From Candidatus Kaiserbacteria bacterium (lineage in GTDB: Bacteria; Patescibacteriota; Minisyncoccia; Phycocordibacterales; UBA918): a DNA stretch of 64,000 nt. The translations under genes and the position numbers were made by a program. Positions 1 to 9,176 of this stretch are shown here, in pieces; within the stretch, counting starts at the first letter, position 1, and each line of letters opens with the position of its first letter. The notes below the pieces were generated by a model that saw only the letters and a program-made list of their open reading frames with translations, was not told where the DNA came from and searched no databases. The stretch covers positions 30,438 to 94,437 of the forward strand of contig JAGQME010000003.1 of assembly GCA_020428795.1 (NCBI GenBank). Reading direction: 5' to 3'.

Positions 1-679
1 GCACGTGGTCCCGTTTCTTTTGGGTTTACATAAGGAAGGCAGTAAAGATGGTCGTTCTTACACCTTAAAGGTGCGCGAGGAGGTCTTACCTTTTGTAGCC
101 AGAATCCCTAGTGCTCTTGATGAAGAGTATTTTGTCGGGGTGGTAGCTGAAGCTATCGGTAGCACCAAAGAAGCGGTTCGTCAGGATATGCAACGTTTTA
201 AACAAAAAACAGATAGTCCAGAGATAAAACCCGTAATTAGCAACGAACCTAATCTTAAAAAAGACACCAATAAGGCCAAGGATAGACTTCAAGATTTGGA
301 GCAATACGTAGCAGTAATGACGACGGTGTTGAATGATGATTTGGCTAAAAAAGTAAACAAGCTATTAACCAATGATTTGAAAATTGATTTAGACAAGGTA
401 CTCGATACCATGTCAGCTAGTAAGAAGAGTGAATTTACCTTTGGATTAGAAACTAAAGTCGCTGATAGTTCGTTACAACAGTTGCAAGAGGAGGTTATTT
501 CAGCGGTTACACAATTAAAAGCCTTAATTTTTTCTGCCCGATTAGCGGAACTTAAAGAAGCACTTAAGTTGGCCGAAAAAGAAAACGATGGTGCTAAAAG
601 CGGTGAGATTTTGCAGAAAATCACTGAATTGCAAAATCATAACCGAAACTTTGATCCAGAAGCGGTTATTTTAGGGTAG
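1..679 (+). CDS. dnaG: DNA primase DnaG, C-terminal fragment (5' end lies outside the window)
   Basis: The open frame enters from the window edge and ends about 90 bp upstream of rpoD, matching the conserved dnaG-rpoD synteny. It is a helical, acidic/lysine-rich C-terminal domain with no catalytic motifs visible, so the call rests mainly on synteny. Confidence 0.45.
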   Translation, partial: HVVPFLLGLHKEGSKDGRSYTLKVREEVLPFVARIPSALDEEYFVGVVAEAIGSTKEAVRQDMQRFKQKTDSPEIKPVISNEPNLKKDTNKAKDRLQDLEQYVAVMTTVLNDDLAKKVNKLLTNDLKIDLDKVLDTMSASKKSEFTFGLETKVADSSLQQLQEEVISAVTQLKALIFSARLAELKEALKLAEKENDGAKSGEILQKITELQNHNRNFDPEAVILG

Positions 680-770
680 GGTGGGAAAAGGGTGGTAGAA
701 CAATAGAGTGTTCCGACGAGCCTAAAATTGCTCTATTTGTATGGACTTTTTTCCTATTTAATGTATAGTT

Positions 771-2141
771 GTGCACATTATGGCTGCGCCAAAAAAAGCA
801 ACCAAAACCAAAAAAACAATCAAAAAAGCGGTCAAAAAAACCGTTTCTAAACCAAACAAGAAAGCTACTAAAAAAACAACCAAGAAGGTAGCTAAAAAAA
901 CCGTAAAGGGGAGCAAGACAAAAGTATCAAAGAAGGTGGTCAAGAAAACCCCGGCTAAAGCAAAGAAAACTACAGCCGCCAAAAAGAAGCCGGCGGTTAA
1001 AAAGGTGTCTAAGAAATCTAGTCAACCCAAAAAAGACACCAAAAAAGTATCTAAAAAAACTTCAAGAGTCTCGAGAGTGTTAGAAACCAAGGCTACCGAA
1101 TTGATGAAAATGGGTCGGGAAAGAGGTTATGTGACCTACGATGAGATATTGAAATTCTTTCCGCAGATTGAGAAAGATGTCATGTTTCTTGATGAGATGT
1201 ATGAGCGGTTTAGTATTGCCGGTATTGATGTTCTTAAGAGTGGTGGAATGTTGGGGGCTGACCCTAGTGTTGAACTGTTGGAAAGAAAGAACTCCTACCG
1301 CCGAAACGACAGTAGTTATGACTCGATCCAGATGTATCTACGGGAGATTGGTCAGTACCCACTTTTGACTGCACATGAGGAGCGAGTGTTGGCCAAGCGA
1401 ATCATGGAGGGTGATGAAGAGGCTCGAAATTTGCTAGCCAGAGCCAACTTAAGATTGGTAGTATCAATCGCTAAAAAATACGTTGGACGTTCACCGGATT
1501 TGACTCTTTTGGATTTGATACAAGAAGGTAATCTCGGTCTATTTAAAGCGGTCGATAAATTTGATTTCACTAAAGGTTTCAAATTTTCTACCTATGCTAC
1601 TTGGTGGATTAGACAAGCGATAACGAGAGCTTTGGCCGATCAGAGTCGAACAATCCGTATACCGGTGCATATGGTGGAGACAATGGCTAAATATAAACAA
1701 GTATCAAGGCGATTAGCTCAAGATTTTGGTCGTGACCCAATGCCGGAAGAGATTGCCACTGAGATGGGAGTAGAGGTTGAAAAAATCTACCAGATTGAAA
1801 AAATCAGTCAGGATACTATTTCTTTGGAGTTACCAATCGGTGACGATGATGACCGATCTCGTTTGTCTGATTTTATTGCTGACGATAAAATAACTGCTCC
1901 CGATCAAGAAGTGGCTCATAGTATTTTGACCGATCAGATTCAAGAAATATTGGATCATTTGTCCGACAAGGAAAGAAAGATACTGGAAATGAGACACGGG
2001 CTACTTGATGGGACTTATCATACTCTGGAAGAAGTCGGTAAAGAATTTGGAGTAACCAGAGAGAGAATTAGGCAGATTGAAGCCAAGGCTTTGGAGAAGA
2101 TTCGCCAACATGAAAAGGCTCGACGTCTGAAAAGCTACTAA
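771..2141 (+). CDS. rpoD: RNA polymerase sigma-70 factor RpoD with a lysine/alanine-rich histone-H1-like N-terminal extension
   Basis: Region 1.2/2 motifs are present: [57 protein letters not shown]. Region 4 HTH: [24 protein letters not shown]. The N-terminal ~100 aa consist of KKxAKK-type repeats. The true start may be the ATG at 780. Confidence 0.92.
   Translation: MHIMAAPKKATKTKKTIKKAVKKTVSKPNKKATKKTTKKVAKKTVKGSKTKVSKKVVKKTPAKAKKTTAAKKKPAVKKVSKKSSQPKKDTKKVSKKTSRVSRVLETKATELMKMGRERGYVTYDEILKFFPQIEKDVMFLDEMYERFSIAGIDVLKSGGMLGADPSVELLERKNSYRRNDSSYDSIQMYLREIGQYPLLTAHEERVLAKRIMEGDEEARNLLARANLRLVVSIAKKYVGRSPDLTLLDLIQEGNLGLFKAVDKFDFTKGFKFSTYATWWIRQAITRALADQSRTIRIPVHMVETMAKYKQVSRRLAQDFGRDPMPEEIATEMGVEVEKIYQIEKISQDTISLELPIGDDDDRSRLSDFIADDKITAPDQEVAHSILTDQIQEILDHLSDKERKILEMRHGLLDGTYHTLEEVGKEFGVTRERIRQIEAKALEKIRQHEKARRLKSY
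786..1070 (+). repeat. Low-complexity AAA/GCN codon repeat encoding the KKAxKK (H1/AlgP-like) tail of RpoD
   Basis: Direct reading of the sequence shows reiterated aaaaaagc/accaagaag units. The antisense ORF 758..982 is a shadow of this repeat. Confidence 0.7.
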
Positions 2142-2162
2142 AATCTATATGCTTATTTAATA

Positions 2163-2200
2163 CCCAAACCGGTCGCAGGCAAAGCCTGCGACCGGTTTGG
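2163..2200 (+). terminator. Factor-independent terminator hairpin downstream of rpoD
   Basis: Perfect inverted repeat cccaaaccggtcgcaggc-aaa-gcctgcgaccggtttgg followed by a T-containing tract. Confidence 0.7.
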
Positions 2201-2230
2201 ATTTGGTACAATTAAGTTAACTAATTAAGT

Positions 2231-3007
2231 ATGCATCGAAAATTAATTATCTCAGCGATTGTAATCAGCTATTTGGTCTTGGTTACTTATGGACTACTAG
2301 CTCTTAACGCTCAAATTATTGTTACAAGTATCTTTTTGTTTGGTATACCAGCTTTATGGTTGGCGTATTTTTCAAGTGCTCCCAAGCCAGTCTTGATCTC
2401 TGTTAGTCTACTAGGGGTGGCCTTGGCGGTTTTCCTCGAAGGCCTAGCTCATATTTATGGCCTGTGGTATACGATGGGGGTGGATGAATCAAGGTTGTTT
2501 GGTTTGGCTCCAGTCGAAGCAATTTTTGCTACCGGTTTAGAAGTGGTATTTTTGGTGTTGCTTTATGAAGCTTTGTTTGATGATGGGGAGTATACCACTA
2601 AGCCAGCCCGTGAGCGGATGGGTATATTTTTTGTAATGTTTTTGGGTGCCATTGGTATTGTGGCTATTCATCAATACGTAATTAAAGATTTGTTTATCAA
2701 TAGTTCTTACCTCTGGATTATTAGCGCTCTGTTGGCTACTTGTTTTATGATGTTGTCTCTATACAGAACTTTCACTATTCGATTTTTGGATCGATTTGTT
2801 TACTTTACAGCCTTTGCTTCCATTCCCTTATTGTTAAATTTAATTGTATCAGTTTTGAACGTCCAAAAGGTCTACGCTCATTTCGCCTACGCTGCTAAGT
2901 TTAATTTTTTTGGGGAGATGGTTCCTTTGGAAGAAATATTACTTATTTTTACCGTCCCAATTTTAGTAGCTACGATCTACGAAATCTATCTTGATGACGT
3001 GGCTTAG
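2231..3007 (+). CDS. Polytopic integral membrane protein (about 7-8 predicted TM helices), function unknown
   Basis: Long ORF with hydrophobic segments throughout and no catalytic motif recognised. Confidence 0.5.
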   Translation: MHRKLIISAIVISYLVLVTYGLLALNAQIIVTSIFLFGIPALWLAYFSSAPKPVLISVSLLGVALAVFLEGLAHIYGLWYTMGVDESRLFGLAPVEAIFATGLEVVFLVLLYEALFDDGEYTTKPARERMGIFFVMFLGAIGIVAIHQYVIKDLFINSSYLWIISALLATCFMMLSLYRTFTIRFLDRFVYFTAFASIPLLLNLIVSVLNVQKVYAHFAYAAKFNFFGEMVPLEEILLIFTVPILVATIYEIYLDDVA

Positions 3008-3039
3008 ACGATATTGTTAATATAATATTTATACGGTTT

Positions 3040-3534
3040 CTAGCCAAACCAAGCGGAATTCTGTCCTAATTTTAAACCTTTAAAATTTGACCAAGGATCA
3101 ACGTTAATATAAGTATCATCTACTCTAACCCTTAAATACTGATGTATAAAAAAGTTAAATGGTCTGTGTATTATACGTATATCTTCTCCCTTAAAAAATA
3201 AACTTTTTTCTAAAATAGTTCTTAATATATAATTCTGGCCATTGCACTGAAGAAAACCTGGTGATTTATAAAGAGGATTACCAAAAGCTCTCCAAAAATA
3301 AAACACTGTCTTTATACGACTACCGTAGTATTGGCTTGTTACGTATTTATAAGCATTATCCAAAAATTCCTTCTTATTTTTAGAATTCAGATTCAATTCG
3401 TTAATAGTAGACTGTAAATCATTTGGAATTTTTTTTGGTAAGGAACTCTTTTTAAAGCCCATGTGAGGAACTAGTAATCTTAAAAGTATATGGACTACCA
3501 CTAAATATACTAAAAATATATATAAGACAATCAT
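3040..3534 (-). CDS. Membrane-anchored transglutaminase-like (papain-fold Cys-His-Asp) protein encoded in an AT-rich islet
   Basis: N-terminal TM helix. The order of residues C (FLQCNGQNY) ... H (IIHRPFNFFIHQY) ... D (VDDTYINVDPW) fits a transglutaminase-like cysteine-peptidase core. The DNA is visibly more AT-rich than its flanks. Confidence 0.4.
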   Translation of the reverse strand: MIVLYIFLVYLVVVHILLRLLVPHMGFKKSSLPKKIPNDLQSTINELNLNSKNKKEFLDNAYKYVTSQYYGSRIKTVFYFWRAFGNPLYKSPGFLQCNGQNYILRTILEKSLFFKGEDIRIIHRPFNFFIHQYLRVRVDDTYINVDPWSNFKGLKLGQNSAWFG

Positions 3535-3551
3535 TATTTCGTTAGCATTAA

Positions 3552-4010
3552 TTAAGCCTTATCTTTGATATTGAGAAAGTCTCCCAGAATGTGTTTTAGA
3601 CCCTGTCTTGATATGATACCAACCGGCCGACCTTCTTTATCGATTACTGGTATCCTAGCTCTTTGTCTTGAGACGGCTGTCGCTGCTACTTCAAATAATC
3701 CATCGTGGATGCCAACAGTATCAAAATCATAAGACATAAACAGACTAACCGGAGTGTCACGGGCCTCTTTGATGGCTGCCTCAAACTGATCTTCACTGGC
3801 GAAATGTTCTAATACATCATCACCATCAACATCCATCGGCACGACTGCATCCAAAAAGTCGGCCACTGACAATTCGCCGGTGAGTTTACCTTCCTCATCA
3901 ACCACCAAGAGGGTGTTGGTTTGTGAGCGGATCATCTTGGTCAGAGCTTCGGCGAAAGTGCTTTCTTCACCAATAATGTGCGCTTCTTTGATAATATCAG
4001 CGACTTCCAT
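3552..4010 (-). CDS. CBS-pair domain protein (paralog 1), last gene of the CBS-permease-CBS operon
   Basis: Two CBS-type repeats. The likely start is MEVADIIKEA (internal Met of ORF 3552..4070). About 45% identical by eye to the paralog at 5535..5993. Confidence 0.75.
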   Translation of the reverse strand: MEVADIIKEAHIIGEESTFAEALTKMIRSQTNTLLVVDEEGKLTGELSVADFLDAVVPMDVDGDDVLEHFASEDQFEAAIKEARDTPVSLFMSYDFDTVGIHDGLFEVAATAVSRQRARIPVIDKEGRPVGIISRQGLKHILGDFLNIKDKA

Positions 4011-4111
4011 TACTAATAGTTTAGCACCCCTGTAAAACTGCACAAGTCTGGTTTGTCTTAAGATCAACAAAATCCCCCTTAAAAGGGGGATTTTGTTGAT
4101 CTGTATAATGT

Positions 4112-5479
4112 CTAGTGTTTAATCGGAGCCGGTATGTTTGTTTCATTTTTAACGCCTTCAGCGCTGTGAGCTACTCCAGAATGGCTAGAGAACCACGGGG
4201 TGACTAGGGCCAAGCCTAGGGTAGCGATAAGTAGACCGATTATCATAGTCGGCGCTCCTTGTTTAATCCAGTCGATAAAGCTGATTGGATTTTCAGTTTT
4301 TTCTGATTTAGCTACCACAATCACACCAGCGGTTGAACCAATTGGTGAACCATTACCACCAAATCCAACACCGAACACCAATGCCCACCACAATAAATCA
4401 ATCGGTACTCCTTGGGTTCCTAGATAACTAATAATAGGGATCATAGCTACTGTAAGCGGAATATTGTCAACCATGGCGGACAAAATAGCGCTTGACCAAA
4501 GGATGATGATGGCGGTCAGTAGGAGATTATCATGAGCACCTGAGGTTAGTAGGCCAGCTGCTTTTTCAAGTACACCAGCGTTTTCTAGACCACCAACGAT
4601 CACAAATAGTGAACCGAAGAATAACAAAACTGACAACTCACATTTTTCAATAATACTCTGCGGGTCGTGTTTGGGAGCGACAATTATAAGCGCAAGTGAG
4701 GCTCCGATTAGAGCCACCATCGAGGCTTCTAGGTGTAACAAAGAGTGAGTAAAGAACATGGCTACTACCAAAGCAAAGATAAATAGCAACTTTTTAAGGG
4801 TTTTCTTATCTTTGATAGCTTCGTTTTCGTTCATCAACATCAGTTTGTCAACGTTCTGAGGTTCTTTTTTTAGGTCTTTATTAAAGAGAACTCTAAACAA
4901 AGCCAAAGTAGCTACCCAAGTTATGACTACTACTGGTAGAGCGTGAACTAGGAAATCGTTAAAAGAAAAACCAGCCGCTGAACCAATCATGATGTTTGGG
5001 GGGTCTCCGACTAGAGTGGCGGTACCACCGATGTTTGAAAGTAGGGCTTCAGCCATCAAGATAGGAATCGGGTTAATCTTAAGCATTTCAGCTATGATGA
5101 TGGTGATCGGTACTATCAAAATGATGGTAGTAACGTTGTCCAAGATCATTGATAGAGAGGCAGTAATACCAGAGAGAGCCACCATCAACAGCCAAGGATT
5201 GCCCTTGGTTTTTTTGGCGGTCCAGATTCCCAGATATTGAAAGACTCCAGTCTTTTCAAGCATACCCACCAATATCATCATGCCGAAGAGCAGGCCAAGA
5301 GTGTTAAAGTCTACTACTTCCAATACTTGTTCTGGATGATAAAAGTCAAAATAAATACCAGCTAGTACCATGGTTATGGCACCGACCAGTCCGATTACGG
5401 TGCGGTGAATTCTTTCAGTCAGGATGAAGAAGAATGTAACACCAAAGATTAGGACGGCAATTAGTTCAGTTGTTTCCAT
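4112..5479 (-). CDS. ArsB/NhaD-superfamily (CitMHS/YbiR-like) anion permease
   Basis: Polytopic membrane protein with the family-typical GDPPNIMIGS motif and a central hydrophilic loop. It is flanked by CBS-domain genes, as seen in many members of this family. Confidence 0.75.
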   Translation of the reverse strand: METTELIAVLIFGVTFFFILTERIHRTVIGLVGAITMVLAGIYFDFYHPEQVLEVVDFNTLGLLFGMMILVGMLEKTGVFQYLGIWTAKKTKGNPWLLMVALSGITASLSMILDNVTTIILIVPITIIIAEMLKINPIPILMAEALLSNIGGTATLVGDPPNIMIGSAAGFSFNDFLVHALPVVVITWVATLALFRVLFNKDLKKEPQNVDKLMLMNENEAIKDKKTLKKLLFIFALVVAMFFTHSLLHLEASMVALIGASLALIIVAPKHDPQSIIEKCELSVLLFFGSLFVIVGGLENAGVLEKAAGLLTSGAHDNLLLTAIIILWSSAILSAMVDNIPLTVAMIPIISYLGTQGVPIDLLWWALVFGVGFGGNGSPIGSTAGVIVVAKSEKTENPISFIDWIKQGAPTMIIGLLIATLGLALVTPWFSSHSGVAHSAEGVKNETNIPAPIKH

Positions 5480-5534
5480 AAATTGTTGTATATAAATATT
5501 AAAACGCTTTTACAAAAGCGTTTTAATGAAATCA

Positions 5535-5993
5535 TTAATTCGAATCAGGGATATTAAGAGCGTCAGCAATAATGTGTTTAATACCTCGTCTAGAAATAAT
5601 ACCGACTGGCTTATTTTCAGCGTCTACTACTGGTATGTGAGCTTTTCGCTTACTGATAGCGTTTGAAGCAATCGACATCAGTCCATCGCTTTCTTGTACC
5701 GGCATAATATCTTTAGACATAAAGAGTCTTACTTGTAGCTCGGTAGCGTCTTTGACAGCTTCTTCAAACATTTCAGAGCTGGCAAAATGGGCTGCTATAC
5801 TGTCGCCGTCTAGATATTCGGGGACAATAGCGTCTAAAATGTCTGATATATTAATTTCTCCCACTAACTCACCTTCATTGTTTATTACTAATAAAGAGTT
5901 AGTTTGTTTTTCCACCATAAGGCTGATTGCCTCTTTAAAAGAAGCGGAGTCTGATATAGTGACGGCTTCTTTGATTATATCTTTTACTTCCAT
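5535..5993 (-). CDS. CBS-pair domain protein (paralog 2), first gene of the operon
   Basis: The likely start is MEVKDIIKEA, and the rest is co-linear with 3552..4010. Confidence 0.75.
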   Translation of the reverse strand: MEVKDIIKEAVTISDSASFKEAISLMVEKQTNSLLVINNEGELVGEINISDILDAIVPEYLDGDSIAAHFASSEMFEEAVKDATELQVRLFMSKDIMPVQESDGLMSIASNAISKRKAHIPVVDAENKPVGIISRRGIKHIIADALNIPDSN

Positions 5994-6066
5994 AAGTTTG
6001 CTATCATACTCCTCTTTTTTTATTTGGCAATTCTCGCTATAAACAGTTAGTGATATACTCATCAAT

Positions 6067-9000
6067 ATGTCAAATTCCAAATCATCAGAAAAATCAGCCG
6101 GAGTAAGTAGTGATCCTACATTTTATACTGCTTACAAAAGACTAAATGACCGACAGCAGGAAGCGGTTGATACTATTGAGGGGCCGGTGATGGTGATTGC
6201 GGGACCCGGTACCGGTAAAACCCAGATATTAACTCTCCGCATAGCCAACATCTTGGCTCAAACCGACACCAAACCAGACCAGATTTTGGCTTTGACCTTT
6301 ACAGATTCGGGAGCCAAGGCGATGAGACAGCGGTTGTTTGAATACATTGGGTCGGCTTCCTACAAAGTGGCTATTTTTACCTTTCATAGTTTTGCTCAAC
6401 GCTTAATCGCTGATTATCCGGATGCTTATCCTAAAATAGTTGGCGGTCGACCGGCCAGAGATATTGAAAAAATTTCTATGATTAGAAATATCCTCGATCA
6501 AGGGGAGGTGGAGAATTTACGTCCGGCCGGTAATCCGCAGTATTATATAAAATCAATTCAGGGCATGATCAGTGATCTGAAAAGGGAGTATGTGACACCA
6601 GATAAGCTGGCTAAGATTATAAACGTTGAAGAAAAAGAACTTGAAAATACTGAGAAGATCCACCAAAAAGGGGCTCATAAGGGAAAGGTTAAAAAAGCTT
6701 ATAGCGACAAAGAAAAATCCATCGCCAAAAATAAATCATTACTGCATGTATATCGTCAGTATGAATCTTACCTAAAGGCCGAAAATCTTTTTGACTTTGA
6801 CGATATGATCCTAGAAACAGTGCGAGCGCTGGAAGGCGATGAATCGATGTTATTAGATTTGCAGGAACAGTATCAGTATATTCTGGCCGACGAGCACCAA
6901 GATGTTAATGGTTCACAAAATAGAATTCTGGAATTATTAGCTTCTTATCATGATTCACCAAATATTTTTGTAGTGGGGGATGAAAAACAAGCTATTTTTA
7001 GATTTCAAGGAGCTTCTCTAGAGAATTTTTTATACTTTGGTGAATTATTTAAAGATACAAAAACAATTGCCTTATCAGAAAATTATCGTTCTGGTCAGGA
7101 GATACTCGATGTTGCTCATGATTTGATACAGGTGGAGGAAGGTCCGCTTAAGGATTTAAGGGTCCCACTTCAGGCCTTTACGAAACAACCAGCAGAGGTT
7201 TCTCGACGTGACTTTTCTCACGAAGCAATTGAGGATGACTGGGTGGTTAAGCGGGTTTTGGAATCGATTGAAGAGGGTGTGCCTAAACATGAAATTGCGG
7301 TGATTGTTCGTTCAAACAAAGAAGTTGAACATTTTTCTAATCTGATCAGGCGCTCTTTGGTACCGGTACAGGCTTCGGCTGATAGTGATATTCTTGATCA
7401 TCCTATTACACACACGATTGAACAGTTGATGCAGGCGGTTATTTCTAATGACAATCTGGCTTTGTTTACAGTTTTGCACGGTGCCTATTGGGGAATAACT
7501 AGGAGTGATCTGGTCAGAATCACTTCAGCTCAGAGTTATGATAGAAACTTACTCCAGATTTTAGAAGATGATGATTTTTTGCGTATTTTAAAACTGGATA
7601 ATTTAGCAGCGGTTAATAATGTTTTGTCGGTCCTTAAGGAAGCCAGAAAGCGTTCAGTCACCGAAGTTCCTTATAATGTTTTAGCCTATTTGGTCGAGGC
7701 TAGTGGTCTCAAGGATTTTATTATGACGACTGATCCCTTAGAGACATCGAGGGTGGTTAGACGACTTTATGACGAGGTTAAAGAATTGGTAGAAAAAGAT
7801 AATTCAATTAGTTTGTCAGATGTAGCCGGGATTTTGAACCAGAGACGACAGTTTAATTTACCGCTAGAGGCCCCTTATATTACGGTGGGAAACGAGGCGG
7901 TTCAGGTCATGACGGCTCATAAGTCTAAGGGGTTGGAGTTTTCAGTAGTCATAGCGCCACATCTTAATGATGGTTCTTGGGGTGGTAAAGTTAATCGTAA
8001 AAACTTCGACATTGTTTTGCCGACCCATCTTAAGGAACCGCAGGCTGATAAAATGGACGATGAAAAAAGGTTGTTGTACGTGGTGATGACAAGAGCCAAA
8101 ACCAAGTTATATCTTAGTTTAAGTCAGACAAACTCTGAAGGCAAAATAATGTCACCGACTCGGTTGTTTGATGATATTAATCCAGATTTAGTGACGGTAG
8201 TTGATATATCTTTATACGAAGCAGAATTCCAACCACTGGATAATATAAATAAAGAAAAATCAGCTATCTCGGTTGATGAAAAATTATTGAAAGCTATTAT
8301 CTCTGAGAAAGGTTTTTCGGCTACATCATTTAATAACTACTTAAGCAGTCCTTGGACTTACTATTATCGTAATCTATTACGTATACCAGAAGTACAATCT
8401 TTGGTTTTGCAATTTGGAACGGCGGTTCATAATGTTTTACAGAAAGTAACGGTTGATTATTCTGTTAATAAAAAACTACCGAGCGACTCAATAATTGAGG
8501 GGTATCTAGAAAAAGAGTTGTCTCGGTTGCCGATTGGAGCCGAAGATTTTACTCGGTTGCATAAGAAAGGATTTGAAGCCCTCTTAACCTATCTACCAAA
8601 GGTGGTTAGCGGTTGGTATGAAAATATTAAGGTTGAAATGCCAATCAGGGTAATGCTGGAGACGGGACTTTTGAGTGTGCCTATGGTACCGCTGACTGGT
8701 AAGCTCGATCGTCTGGATATGGATGAAGCCGGTAGGGTTGTTAGGGTAGTTGATTATAAAACGGGTAAACCCAAGACTCGTAATGTTATTGAAGGGAAGA
8801 CAAAATCATCGGACGGTAATTATAAGAGACAATTGGTATTTTACGCTTTACTATTGGATTTATATGACGATGATCGTTATAAGTGTCGGGAGGGAGTATT
8901 ATCTTTTGTAGAGGCTGATAGCAAAGGGGAAATACATGAAGAGCCCTTTACTATCACTGATGAGGAGATAGAAGAATTAAAGCAACAGATAATAAGGGCT

Positions 9001-9105
9001 GTTGAAGATATTGCCAGTGGAGAATTTTTGAAGAGTGATTGTGATCCAAAGGTTTGTGATTATTGTCACTTGGTGGCATTGTTGACTGATTCAAAGATTG
9101 ATTAG
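6067..9105 (+). CDS. UvrD/PcrA-family SF1 helicase fused to a C-terminal PD-(D/E)xK (RecB/Cas4-like) nuclease domain
   Basis: N-terminal UvrD motifs are present: LNDRQQEAV, AGPGTGKT, ILALTFT. A later segment matches motif VI (KSKGLEFSVVI). The C-terminus carries VVDYKTGKP (the D..(D/E)xK lysine motif) plus a Cys cluster CDPKVCDYCH. Confidence 0.85.
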   Translation: MSNSKSSEKSAGVSSDPTFYTAYKRLNDRQQEAVDTIEGPVMVIAGPGTGKTQILTLRIANILAQTDTKPDQILALTFTDSGAKAMRQRLFEYIGSASYKVAIFTFHSFAQRLIADYPDAYPKIVGGRPARDIEKISMIRNILDQGEVENLRPAGNPQYYIKSIQGMISDLKREYVTPDKLAKIINVEEKELENTEKIHQKGAHKGKVKKAYSDKEKSIAKNKSLLHVYRQYESYLKAENLFDFDDMILETVRALEGDESMLLDLQEQYQYILADEHQDVNGSQNRILELLASYHDSPNIFVVGDEKQAIFRFQGASLENFLYFGELFKDTKTIALSENYRSGQEILDVAHDLIQVEEGPLKDLRVPLQAFTKQPAEVSRRDFSHEAIEDDWVVKRVLESIEEGVPKHEIAVIVRSNKEVEHFSNLIRRSLVPVQASADSDILDHPITHTIEQLMQAVISNDNLALFTVLHGAYWGITRSDLVRITSAQSYDRNLLQILEDDDFLRILKLDNLAAVNNVLSVLKEARKRSVTEVPYNVLAYLVEASGLKDFIMTTDPLETSRVVRRLYDEVKELVEKDNSISLSDVAGILNQRRQFNLPLEAPYITVGNEAVQVMTAHKSKGLEFSVVIAPHLNDGSWGGKVNRKNFDIVLPTHLKEPQADKMDDEKRLLYVVMTRAKTKLYLSLSQTNSEGKIMSPTRLFDDINPDLVTVVDISLYEAEFQPLDNINKEKSAISVDEKLLKAIISEKGFSATSFNNYLSSPWTYYYRNLLRIPEVQSLVLQFGTAVHNVLQKVTVDYSVNKKLPSDSIIEGYLEKELSRLPIGAEDFTRLHKKGFEALLTYLPKVVSGWYENIKVEMPIRVMLETGLLSVPMVPLTGKLDRLDMDEAGRVVRVVDYKTGKPKTRNVIEGKTKSSDGNYKRQLVFYALLLDLYDDDRYKCREGVLSFVEADSKGEIHEEPFTITDEEIEELKQQIIRAVEDIASGEFLKSDCDPKVCDYCHLVALLTDSKID

Positions 9106-9124
9106 TTTGGTATCGAGGGGAAAA

Positions 9125-9165
9125 ACAAGAGGCGGATCACTTACGTGATCCGCCTCTTGTTTTTA
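9125..9165. terminator. Bidirectional terminator hairpin between the convergent helicase-nuclease and dsbA-like genes
   Basis: Perfect 16-bp stem acaagaggcggatcac-ttac-gtgatccgcctcttgt, flanked by an A-run on the 5' side and a T-run on the 3' side. Confidence 0.75.
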
Positions 9166-9176
9166 AAAAATGAAAT

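Noticed and set aside
758-982. 74-aa minus-strand ORF antisense to the rpoD N-terminus
   Set aside because: It is a shadow ORF created by the AAA/GCN lysine-codon repeat, since antisense TTT/GGC codons give an F/L/V-rich open frame. The sense frame carries clear sigma-70 motifs downstream.
4200-5240. Plus-strand ORFs 4200..4427 and 4989..5240 inside the permease gene
   Set aside because: They are antisense to a well-supported 455-aa transporter with the GDPPNIMIG motif and have no independent support.
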